Source: Thermincola ferriacetica (lineage in GTDB: Bacteria; Bacillota; Thermincolia; Thermincolales; UBA2595). From it: DNA of 64,000 bases. A program made the position numbers and the translations under genes. Positions 18,408 to 26,322 of the stretch are shown in pieces (within the stretch, counting starts at the first letter, position 1; every line of letters begins with the position of its first letter). The notes beneath the pieces were generated by a model. That model was not told where the DNA came from, made no database searches, and saw only the letters and a list, made by a program, of their open reading frames with translations. Where the stretch lies: positions 25,272-89,271 of the forward strand of contig JAENYP010000016.1 in the NCBI GenBank assembly GCA_016841725.1. The letters are read 5' to 3'.

Positions 18408-19292
18408 TTAATTTGTAGTCCGTGCCGCACTCCGGGCCAGGCCGTGCATGATATCAGTTTCACTGACAGTTATCGTACCTGTGCCCAGTCCCCTGACCAC
18501 AGCCAGCAGGATCCTTAGTCCTGCAATTATAATATCAGCTCTTTCAGGCTGCAGCCCCGGAACATCTTTTCTCCGGGCAGGAGACATCCCCTCAAGTTGA
18601 GACAGGATGTCAGCTATGCTTTCCTCTTTAAGGCAATAACCATGAACTGCTTCAGGGTCATAAACCGCCAGGTGCTGGTCAATAGCAGCCGCAGTGGTTA
18701 TGGTCCCCCCTACCCCTATGAAGTGATGTACCCCCGTTCCCCGAACATTACACAGCACTTCTTTAAGCAATGCTGCAATTTCAGACTGAGACGCATGAGT
18801 ATCAGTCATCCGGACTGCGCCAACCCGTTTACTGATGCAGTTTAGCATACCATTCTCTGTCCAGATAAATTCCGTACTTCCCCCGCCGATATCAACTACT
18901 GCCGGCTCCCCATATTTCGAACCAAAGCTGCTGACAGCCCCCCGGTAGCTTAGCTCAGCTTCCTCTCTACCTGTCAGAACCCTGACATCCCATCCTACCT
19001 GTCTGGCAACCTCTGACAAAAACTCCCTCCGGTTGTCAGCATCACGCACAGCACTTGTTGCTGTCACGATAATTTTATCAGCCCCAGCCCTGGTTATTGT
19101 ATTACGGAACTTCAGCAGTGCTTCAGTTGTCCGTTCTATCGCCGCCCGGGATAAATGACTTTTCCTGCCAATTCCCTCTCCCAGCCTCGTAGTTACCAGG
19201 CTTGTCTCATATGTCCGCAATTCCTCCGCTGCAAAACCCGCAATAAGCAGCCTTGTAGAATTTGTCCCTATGTCAACAACAGCAATACGCAT
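18408..19292 (-). CDS. Ppx/GppA-family phosphatase (two-domain short form)
   Basis: MRIAVVDIGTNSTRLLIA and DIGGGSTE motifs of the ASKHA Ppx/GppA family. Confidence 0.85.
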   Translation of the reverse strand: MRIAVVDIGTNSTRLLIAGFAAEELRTYETSLVTTRLGEGIGRKSHLSRAAIERTTEALLKFRNTITRAGADKIIVTATSAVRDADNRREFLSEVARQVGWDVRVLTGREEAELSYRGAVSSFGSKYGEPAVVDIGGGSTEFIWTENGMLNCISKRVGAVRMTDTHASQSEIAALLKEVLCNVRGTGVHHFIGVGGTITTAAAIDQHLAVYDPEAVHGYCLKEESIADILSQLEGMSPARRKDVPGLQPERADIIIAGLRILLAVVRGLGTGTITVSETDIMHGLARSAARTTN

Positions 19293-19362
19293 AAAATCTC
19301 CTCCTTATTATCAGTATTGGAACAAGAAAAGCACCGTTGGCCGGTGCTCTGCATTACAAATA

Positions 19363-19797
19363 TCAGACCGAAGTCTTATACGATTTTTTGGCGCCTCTGC
19401 CGCCCCTCTTGTTATCAGTGCTGCGCCGAATATCCTGCTGGCGCTCATCACTCTCCTTCATAAACTTAGTCAAACGGTCTTCAAAATTTTCCGGCTTCCT
19501 GGCAGGCTGATGATATCCCCTGCGTTCAGGATTACCCTTGCGCTCGGAAGTGCTCTGAGCAACGATTGGTTTGGCTTGTTTGATAGACAGGCCTATTTTG
19601 CCCTTGTCTACAGCAATAACCTTGACCTTTACCCGGTCCTTATCCTTGAGATAATCTTTGACATCCCTGACATAAGAGTCGGCAACCTCGGAGATGTGAA
19701 CCAACCCCGTCTGGCCTCCGGGCAATTCAATAAAAGCCCCAAAATTGGTGATACCTGTGACCACTCCTTCAACGATGCTCCCCACTTCAATTGACAT
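19363..19797 (-). CDS. yabR: S1 RNA-binding domain protein (YabR-like)
   Basis: GSIVEGVVTGITNFGAFIELPGGQTGLVHISEV S1 motif with a basic C-terminal tail. Syntenic with divIC. Confidence 0.85.
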   Translation of the reverse strand: MSIEVGSIVEGVVTGITNFGAFIELPGGQTGLVHISEVADSYVRDVKDYLKDKDRVKVKVIAVDKGKIGLSIKQAKPIVAQSTSERKGNPERRGYHQPARKPENFEDRLTKFMKESDERQQDIRRSTDNKRGGRGAKKSYKTSV

Positions 19798-19902
19798 AAA
19801 ACAAAAAATCCTCCTTAAAATAAGACAAGACCTGCAATCATCTTGTGTAATCAATCAAATTATAACCGAATGGATTTTATGTGTCAAGATGCCCGCTATT
19901 GT

Positions 19903-20316
19903 TTAATGTACTTCAATTTGTTTGGGGTTTTTAGCAGCAGCCGGAATTGTGCTCCCTTTTTCACCCGATTTTGCTTCAAGAATTATTTTCTCCCCCGGTT
20001 TAACCAGCCCCAGCTTCTCCCGAGCCTCTCTCTCAATATATGCTTCAGAGTTCAATTGTTCCAATTGTTTTTTTAATGTGTCATTATTTACCTTAAGCTG
20101 GTTCATCTGTTCCTGAATATTTGTAATCTCTTGCTGGACATTATACATTTTTACCATTTGTCCACCAAAGGAATAAAAAATCATCCCCAATAATATCAGA
20201 ATAATTACACTGGGCCCTTTAAGTTTATACTTAAGTTTTTTGTTTTTGGGGTTTCTGAGTATGCCTGGCATGTCCCCCGGGTTATCAAACTTTTTAACTT
20301 TTGCTGAAAGTACCAT
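19903..20316 (-). CDS. divIC: septum formation initiator DivIC/FtsB family
   Basis: Single TM segment followed by a coiled coil and the ...IEREAREKLGLVKPGE motif. Confidence 0.8.
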   Translation of the reverse strand: MVLSAKVKKFDNPGDMPGILRNPKNKKLKYKLKGPSVIILILLGMIFYSFGGQMVKMYNVQQEITNIQEQMNQLKVNNDTLKKQLEQLNSEAYIEREAREKLGLVKPGEKIILEAKSGEKGSTIPAAAKNPKQIEVH

Positions 20317-20549
20317 TACGAATCACCATCCTCATCATCAGGCCCGAATAACCCCAAAGCATCCCCGGGTATAACAATAACAACCTCATACCCCTTGTTC
20401 TTGGCACGGCTGTAAAGGGTTGCCACGGTGCTTCCGGTTAACCCGAGCTTTTTGGAAATTCTATCATTTGAATAACCCATTTCCTTTAAGGTTACCACCT
20501 GGCGCTCCCGAAAGCTCAGTCTTTCCGCGCCTCTTATTTCTATCTTCAT
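20316..20549 (-). CDS. small GerE/LuxR-type HTH protein with an acidic tail
   Basis: LSFRERQVVTLKEMGYSNDRISKKLGLTGSTVATLYSRAKNKG matches the LuxR/GerE HTH pattern. ATG at 20549 behind AGGTGG. TAATG overlap with the divIC start. Confidence 0.65.
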   Translation of the reverse strand: MKIEIRGAERLSFRERQVVTLKEMGYSNDRISKKLGLTGSTVATLYSRAKNKGYEVVIVIPGDALGLFGPDDEDGDS

Positions 20550-20579
20550 AGCTGCCACCTACAGGCTTCATCTCGGGAA

Positions 20580-20632
20580 TTAACCACACATTAGCCTTAT
20601 ATTAACCACAAACTATCCACATCTTATCCACA
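20580..20632 (+). promoter_or_regulatory. array of phased DnaA boxes
   Basis: TTAACCACA (20580), TTAGCCTTA (20591, weak), TTAACCACA (20602), CTATCCACA (20613), TTATCCACA (20624, perfect). All are in the same orientation with 11-bp spacing. Confidence 0.6.
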
Positions 20633-20718
20633 AACTGTGTACAAATCAATGACATATTTAGTACAAGTATTGATTCTACGCCAATATGCAATTATCCTTC
20701 TTGGCTATAACAAAAAAG

Positions 20719-21276
20719 TTAAGGCTTTCTATTAAACAACGAATTTAGCTTATTCTTAATATTTTTTTTCAATAAAACAGCTTTTTTCCTTGCAGGCTTT
20801 TTAATAAATCTCTCACTCTGTCGTCCGGTAAAATTGCACAACTTGTTATATGTCCTGCCTAAAAGCCCGACCGGAATAATTATGATATTCCCCAGCAAAA
20901 TTACAGGATAACTTATGACAAACCAAAAGAAGCGGAGGCCTTTAGCAATACATGCCAAGACTCTCTTGATAATACAAATAATGTATAAGAGTGTTTTTAT
21001 TACAATCCGACTCAGCAATTTTATGTAACATAATACTCCTGCCAAAATACCAATAACAACATAAAAACGCAGTTCACCCCAGTTCCCGATAAGCAGCATG
21101 AAAAAGACCACAATAGTTGTGATCACCCAAAATAATAAATCGCCAAGATATATGCCAACTTTCCGGGGACGGATGATTCCTTTGGTAACATTATAAAAAT
21201 CAAAAAAAATGCCAATTGTTATTCCCATCAATAAAGTCACAATAAACGAAAACAACTGGGACTCCAAAGACTGCAT
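20719..21276 (-). CDS. yabQ: spore cortex biosynthesis protein YabQ
   Basis: Multi-TM protein with the N-terminal pattern FxVTLLMGITIGIFFDFY typical of YabQ. Directly follows yabP. Confidence 0.8.
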   Translation of the reverse strand: MQSLESQLFSFIVTLLMGITIGIFFDFYNVTKGIIRPRKVGIYLGDLLFWVITTIVVFFMLLIGNWGELRFYVVIGILAGVLCYIKLLSRIVIKTLLYIICIIKRVLACIAKGLRFFWFVISYPVILLGNIIIIPVGLLGRTYNKLCNFTGRQSERFIKKPARKKAVLLKKNIKNKLNSLFNRKP

Positions 21277-21301
21277 TAGCCCCCTCCCTTCCGGTCACAG
21301 A

Positions 21302-21595
21302 CTATTTTAGGATGCGCTCCAAAAAGCCTCTGCTTTTACTTCTGACACCCCGTGCATTTTTTTCATCTGAGAATTCCAGGGATTTGCAGTAACCTTCGAC
21401 GATCAGCACACCGTCCTCCAAATTGAGCTGGACAACATGCATTCCCTGGCCTTTTAAAATTAAAAGTCCCATTTTAGTTTCCAGAAGAATCTCTTCCTCA
21501 TCAAAGCTCTCTACATTTTCCACTCCTTCAATGAGGGCAGTTTCCCTGTTGGTCACAATAATTTTGTATTCTCTTACCTGATCCCGGTCAATCAA
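21302..21595 (-). CDS. yabP: sporulation protein YabP
   Basis: ITNRETALIEGVENVESFDEEEILLET..G.L.IKG..MHV YabP signature. TTG start behind AAGGAGGG. Confidence 0.85.
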   Translation of the reverse strand: MIDRDQVREYKIIVTNRETALIEGVENVESFDEEEILLETKMGLLILKGQGMHVVQLNLEDGVLIVEGYCKSLEFSDEKNARGVRSKSRGFLERILK

Positions 21596-21744
21596 GACAT
21601 TCCCTCCTTAATACATCCTACTATCTCATAAATATTCTGTTAAAAGACATAATATGCCACCAAAGGGTTGGCTGCACAAAAAAGGCCTGCCTTCCCAAGG
21701 GTACCGCCATCTCTAAGCGCTAAAGCGCCAACATTTTAAGCTCA

Positions 21745-21800
21745 AAAAAGATAGCCCTCCAATTAAGCTATCCTGGCTTAATTGGAGGGCTATCTTTTTC
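21745..21800. terminator. strong bidirectional terminator
   Basis: Perfect 20-bp inverted repeat AGATAGCCCTCCAATTAAGC/GCTTAATTGGAGGGCTATCT flanked by A- and T-tracts. Confidence 0.7.
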
Positions 21801-21804
21801 ATGC

Positions 21805-22779
21805 TTACTTCCATTCCTTTTCTATTGAAATATCCTTAAAATAAAACTGTATTATTTGTTCCGGAGTTTTTCCTTCTGACGCCATTTTTTTGGCCCCCCA
21901 CTGGCACATACCGACACCGTGTCCATAACCTTTTCCTGTCATGACAAGGTTTCCGCCATCTATCCACATCTTATCGAGATAAATAGAACGCATCTTCTCA
22001 TTGCCAAGAGCGAGCCTCAAGGCTGCACCTCCCACATCCTGAGTCCCTATTTTAAGTGTCTCCGCTCTTCCTGAGGGCCCTCTCTTGGCAACCCTAATAT
22101 TGTCGGCATTAATATCCCCCGGGTCATTTCCGGTAACCTGCTGAACAGCAGTCATGACTGTGGCCAGAGGAAATTTGGCAGTCCACTTCACATTTTCGGG
22201 TACGGTAATAGACAGGCAGCCATCTTCAACGCCGGCCTTAATATAGGGCGTTTCCTCTTTCTTGTAGGACAGGCCCTCTGCGGCAGAAGCGCCTACACCT
22301 CCGTCACAGGCGCTGAACCAGGCATTAATATAATCATTTTTATATTTAACAACTTCACCCCTGGTCATCTTAACCGCCTGACGCACATTGTCATTTATTC
22401 TTGACTGGTCATAGGCCTGAAACTCCTTCACACTGGTGGAGGCATCCGTATTGTATTTGGGTACCCCACCCTTATCTTTGATTTGCTTCAGGGTAAATGT
22501 GCGGGCCAGAATGGCCTGGGCAGCCAGGGCATTTACCGGCCATTTTGGATCCATTTCCGCGGCCACTACACCCTGAATATATTCTTCCATCTTAATAGTT
22601 TTGGTCTCACCTGTTTCGTTAATATACAATCTTATGGCAGGCTCTTTACCTGGCTGTTTGCCGGGGCCCTGCTCTCCCGGCAGGATTTTTTTGGCACCGG
22701 CACAGCCTGCCAGAAGACCGGCAGCCATGCAAAAACACAAACATACCGCCGTACTTCTGCCAAATAACCTTTTCTTCAT
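21805..22779 (-). CDS. SpoIID/LytB-domain lipoprotein
   Basis: Lipobox LLAGC at the N-terminus. C-terminal GKGYGHGVGMCQWGA SpoIID motif. Confidence 0.8.
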   Translation of the reverse strand: MKKRLFGRSTAVCLCFCMAAGLLAGCAGAKKILPGEQGPGKQPGKEPAIRLYINETGETKTIKMEEYIQGVVAAEMDPKWPVNALAAQAILARTFTLKQIKDKGGVPKYNTDASTSVKEFQAYDQSRINDNVRQAVKMTRGEVVKYKNDYINAWFSACDGGVGASAAEGLSYKKEETPYIKAGVEDGCLSITVPENVKWTAKFPLATVMTAVQQVTGNDPGDINADNIRVAKRGPSGRAETLKIGTQDVGGAALRLALGNEKMRSIYLDKMWIDGGNLVMTGKGYGHGVGMCQWGAKKMASEGKTPEQIIQFYFKDISIEKEWK

Positions 22780-22865
22780 TATCGATTCCCCCTTATCAAC
22801 TTACATCCAGCCAACTGTTGATAGTATCCTCCCAGGGAAATCACAATATGAATGGGAATTAGAGG

Positions 22866-23126
22866 TTAATTCAGCACCCTTGTTTCTTCCAGAGTCCGGT
22901 AGAGGTCTTTTGCCTGGTCGGCCCTTACTGTAGAGGGGGTATCCAGAACCTCCATCTTGATACGCTTGCTTCCAAAATCCAGTTCCAACACATCTCCGGT
23001 CTTAACCTCAGTGCCCGGCTTTGCCGGCCTTGAATTTATTGTCACCCTTCCGCTGTCACAAACCTCTTTAGCCATGGTTCTGCGCTTGATAATACGTGAT
23101 ACCTTTAAAAACTTGTCAAGTCTCAT
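22866..23126 (-). CDS. yabO: S4-domain RNA-binding protein (YabO/Hsp15-like)
   Basis: MRLDKFLKVSRIIKRRTMAKE S4 motif. Confidence 0.85.
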   Translation of the reverse strand: MRLDKFLKVSRIIKRRTMAKEVCDSGRVTINSRPAKPGTEVKTGDVLELDFGSKRIKMEVLDTPSTVRADQAKDLYRTLEETRVLN

Positions 23127-23183
23127 CTTGCCCTCCGTTAATTCAGTTAGTAGTTACCTGTCATATACATAGTTAAATCTCCT

Positions 23184-23555
23184 TTACAAGCACTCGGCTA
23201 AAGTCATTCCCAAAAAAGCCGCTGTCAACCCAACAATTATACTCGCCAAAAAGTACTTTACCGCTGTACCCTTCTCCCCATTTTCGATTAAATTAACTAT
23301 TTCATATGTAAACGTTGAATATGTTGTAAATGCCCCCAAAAAACCGGCTGTAGTCAGATCTTTTAAATATGTTACACTGGGACCCGCCGTAGAAAAAACG
23401 ACAATCAGCAACCCCAGAATAAAGGAACCGGTAATATTTATACAAAAGGTTGCCAGTGGAAAATCTCCTTTCCACCGCTGTCCGACCCATTTACTTAAAC
23501 CATATCTGGTGATTGCCCCAAAAACTCCGCCAATACCAACATATAGATATTCCAT
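23184..23555 (-). CDS. crcB: fluoride channel CrcB (second of pair)
   Basis: Four TM segments and the GGFTTYSTF-like motif GAFTTYSTFTYE. Confidence 0.9.
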   Translation of the reverse strand: MEYLYVGIGGVFGAITRYGLSKWVGQRWKGDFPLATFCINITGSFILGLLIVVFSTAGPSVTYLKDLTTAGFLGAFTTYSTFTYEIVNLIENGEKGTAVKYFLASIIVGLTAAFLGMTLAECL

Positions 23556-23578
23556 TAAATTTCCCTCATTATTGTATT

Positions 23579-23998
23579 TTATTCCGAAGTCTCCGTCTCG
23601 TTTCCCCTTCGTCGAGCCAAGGCCTTACCTGTGGCTGCACCGAGCCACGCCAAAATAACACACCCAAGTGAAGTTCCCAGAATATACGCAAGAGAAGCCC
23701 ACACTTGTTGGCTTCTTATTAGATAAACCGAATCAAGGGCAAATGTAGAAAATGTGGTATAAGCTCCGAGAAAACCTGTTCCAATCGCCAACCGCAGTCT
23801 CGGGTTGATTTCAAGGCGTTCCAAAGTCGTTGTTAGAAAAAAGCTCAATATAAAACACCCCGTTAAGTTTATGATAAAAATCCCTAAAGGGAAAGCAGTC
23901 AAAACTAATGCTTTGATAGCTTTCTGAAATGCAGCCCGTGTTACAGCTCCAAAAAAACCGGCAACTGCAACTGCTAAAAAGTCCAAGTTAGTCACCAC
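23579..23998 (-). CDS. crcB: fluoride channel CrcB (first of pair); start may be the TTG at 23986
   Basis: GAYTTFSTFALD motif and four TM segments. Downstream of the fluoride riboswitch. Confidence 0.85.
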   Translation of the reverse strand: MVTNLDFLAVAVAGFFGAVTRAAFQKAIKALVLTAFPLGIFIINLTGCFILSFFLTTTLERLEINPRLRLAIGTGFLGAYTTFSTFALDSVYLIRSQQVWASLAYILGTSLGCVILAWLGAATGKALARRRGNETETSE

Positions 23999-24060
23999 CT
24001 ACAAATTGCGCTATTTTAAAGCTTCAGCAATTGTATCCTCTTTCTTCTCATCAATTATAC

Positions 24061-24140
24061 AAAAAGCTCCTACCAGTAATTTACCGGTAGGAGCTATCAG
24101 CTGCAAAACAGCGGTTAAAGGCGAGCTCCATCGCCTGTTT
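24061..24140 (-). promoter_or_regulatory. fluoride riboswitch (crcB motif) with intrinsic terminator expression platform
   Basis: The minus strand reads AGGCGATGGAGCTCGCCTTTAACCGCTGTTTTGCAGCTGATAGCTCCTACC. This matches the conserved GGCGAUG..G..CGCC / AAC.GC / GCUGAU / CUAC core with GGAGCU/AGCUCC pseudoknot potential. The AGCTCCTACCGGTAAATTACTGGTAGGAGC hairpin plus TTTTT overlaps the aptamer 3' end. Confidence 0.85.
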
Positions 24141-24266
24141 AACTGTATATTCTACACATGATAGATAAATCCTCCCTAAATCGAAAATACTGAAAAATTT
24201 ATAATATATCTAACCCGCGTTCAGGCTGCAATTGGCCTGCCAAAAAATGCATTCTTAATAAGCTGA

Positions 24267-24290
24267 AGCTCCTATAGTCATATAGGAGCT
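24267..24290 (-). terminator. hairpin downstream of hup
   Basis: AGCTCCTATA/TATAGGAGCT 10-bp stem with a GTCA loop. Weak U-tract. Confidence 0.45.
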
Positions 24291-24384
24291 CTTTACTATC
24301 TTCTAAATCTTAGCTTCGACTATTTGCAATAATGTTTACTGTAAATTTAAAACCTGTAAATCTGGCGCAGTAATCGTTTCCAGC

Positions 24385-24657
24385 CTATTGAACGGTATCG
24401 CGTAAAGATTTACCTGCTTTGAAGGCAGGCACCTTGGCAGCTGCAATCTCGATTTCTTCGCCTGTTTGCGGGTTGCGGCCTTTCCTGGCAGCACGGCTGC
24501 GCACTTCAAAAGTTCCGAAACCAACCAATTGAACTTTGTCACCCTTCGCAAGAGCCTCTTCAATGCTGGCAAACACAGCGTTAACTGCTTTTTCGGAATC
24601 TTTCTTGGTTAAACCTGACTTTTCTGCGACGCTGGTCACTAATTCTTGCTTGTTCAC
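24385..24657 (-). CDS. hup: DNA-binding protein HU
   Basis: MNKQELV...[24 protein letters not shown] is a classic HU sequence. GTG start behind AGGAGGG. Confidence 0.95.
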   Translation of the reverse strand: MNKQELVTSVAEKSGLTKKDSEKAVNAVFASIEEALAKGDKVQLVGFGTFEVRSRAARKGRNPQTGEEIEIAAAKVPAFKAGKSLRDTVQ

Positions 24658-24769
24658 AAAAATCCCTCCTAAATGTAAATATTGGTGTTCATTTTAGAAT
24701 TCCATTTATTGCATTCGCTAAAACCCGCTAAACTCCTGCTTTTACGGAAATTTTTTATGATAAACCCTG

Positions 24770-26284
24770 TTATTTTTTAGATTGCAGCATCAATTTGGCA
24801 TTATTCCATAATCTGTCAAGTTCATCAAGGCTCATTTCACTTAAATTTTTCCCGGAACCTGATGCTGATTCTTCCATAAAGACAAACCTGTTTTTAAACT
24901 TGCGGTTCGTAAGTGCCAGGGCTTCTTCAGGGTCAATTTTCTTAAAACGGGCAAGATTCACAACAGCAAACAACATGTCTCCTATCTCTTCACGAACCTT
25001 ATCCGCATTGCCGCTGTCAATAGCCTCACATACCTCCATTAACTCCTCGCTAACCTTGTCCAAAGCACCCCTGTAGTCAGGCCAGTCGAACCCGACTTTG
25101 GCTGCTCGTCGCTGAATTTTGTCGGCCTTCATCAAAGCAGGCATATGGTTTGGTATACCGTCTAACAACGAATTACGGGTTTCACCCTTTTCCTTCAGCT
25201 CATTTTTCTTAATCTCTTCCCATCTAACAGAAACCTCCTCACTGTTCCTGACATCAGTATCGCCAAATACATGCGGATGCCTTCTGATAAGTTTATCAGA
25301 AATAACCCTAATCACATCATTCATGTCGAAAAAGCCCTGTTCCGCTGCTATCTGGGCGTGAAAAGCTATTTGTAATAATAAGTCTCCCATTTCTTCGCAG
25401 ACTTTATACATATTTCCTTCTTCAATTGCATCTATTACTTCATAGGTCTCTTCAATCAGATATTTCTTCAATGAAGTGTGTGTCTGTTCCTTATCCCAGG
25501 GACAGCCGTCTTCGCCTCTAAGTGTTGCCAACAGTCCCACCAGGCGGTCAGCAGGATACCTGCTGACCATTGATTTTGATTCTAAAAACGGAGGTACATG
25601 GACACAGGTCAGGTGGTCAATCCACGACAGCCTGTCCAGTTCAAAAAGGGGTATTTCCTCAGCCCTGGCCTGACCTGCTGTTCCGGCAGCGCTGATAACG
25701 GTTACAGGGTGGTCATCCGGATAGAACTCCATAAGAGACAGCTTCACTTCAGAAGCAACCCTGGAATTGTATACCTGCATTATTATATTTGGAACTAACG
25801 GATCCGGGTTCGCCGCAGGGTTCCGCTCCTCCCTGGCCAGCTCCAGCCCGTCAACAAGTTTAAGGCCTTGTGACAGGCCCAGACCAAGGCTTGTCAATAC
25901 AGGGTCCAGAAAACTCATTGCAGGTACTATTTCATATGAGAGGTTAGTTTCCCGGGCCAGCTGAATAATCCTTAGGACTGCTTCCTCCCCTACCAGCGGG
26001 TGTCCGGGAACCGCAAAAACAACAGGATATTCACGGGCCAGCCTGACGACCTCTACAGCAATTTCGGAATATATTTCTTTAAAATCACCGACCCGCTCGT
26101 AAAGATAGTCAAATGTCTCAAACTCAAATCCCCTGCTGCGCAATTCCTCAGCTGCAGGATGCTTTCCGGTGCGCAGCAGCAGTCTTCGGGCGTTCTTTAT
26201 TTTTTCAAATACGCCTACAGAGATTGAATCTAAACCTCCCGGTCCGAGTCCAACGATTGATAACTCTTTATTAATTGTTTCCAT
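24770..26284 (-). CDS. yabN: YabN-type fusion: tetrapyrrole-methylase-like domain plus MazG NTP pyrophosphohydrolase
   Basis: The N-terminal SIVGLGPGG methylase fold and C-terminal tandem MazG EExxE motifs (LIEETYEVIDAIE, EELMEVCEAI) match the fusion. Start at the ATG at 26284 behind GGGGGTGG. Confidence 0.9.
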   Translation of the reverse strand: METINKELSIVGLGPGGLDSISVGVFEKIKNARRLLLRTGKHPAAEELRSRGFEFETFDYLYERVGDFKEIYSEIAVEVVRLAREYPVVFAVPGHPLVGEEAVLRIIQLARETNLSYEIVPAMSFLDPVLTSLGLGLSQGLKLVDGLELAREERNPAANPDPLVPNIIMQVYNSRVASEVKLSLMEFYPDDHPVTVISAAGTAGQARAEEIPLFELDRLSWIDHLTCVHVPPFLESKSMVSRYPADRLVGLLATLRGEDGCPWDKEQTHTSLKKYLIEETYEVIDAIEEGNMYKVCEEMGDLLLQIAFHAQIAAEQGFFDMNDVIRVISDKLIRRHPHVFGDTDVRNSEEVSVRWEEIKKNELKEKGETRNSLLDGIPNHMPALMKADKIQRRAAKVGFDWPDYRGALDKVSEELMEVCEAIDSGNADKVREEIGDMLFAVVNLARFKKIDPEEALALTNRKFKNRFVFMEESASGSGKNLSEMSLDELDRLWNNAKLMLQSKK

Positions 26285-26322
26285 TTTATCCACCCCCGGA
26301 TTACTTTTTAATAGCCCCGGAT

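Noticed and set aside
20560-20720. Reading the DnaA-box array as a replication origin (oriC).
   Set aside because: There is no dnaA or dnaN nearby and no clear AT-rich unwinding element or DnaA-trio run next to the boxes. The locus is the conserved yabQ-divIC interval. A regulatory or titration role is more parsimonious.
24336-24572. A 78-aa minus-strand ORF overlapping hup in another frame.
   Set aside because: The hup frame encodes a near-canonical HU protein, and the alternative frame has no start context.
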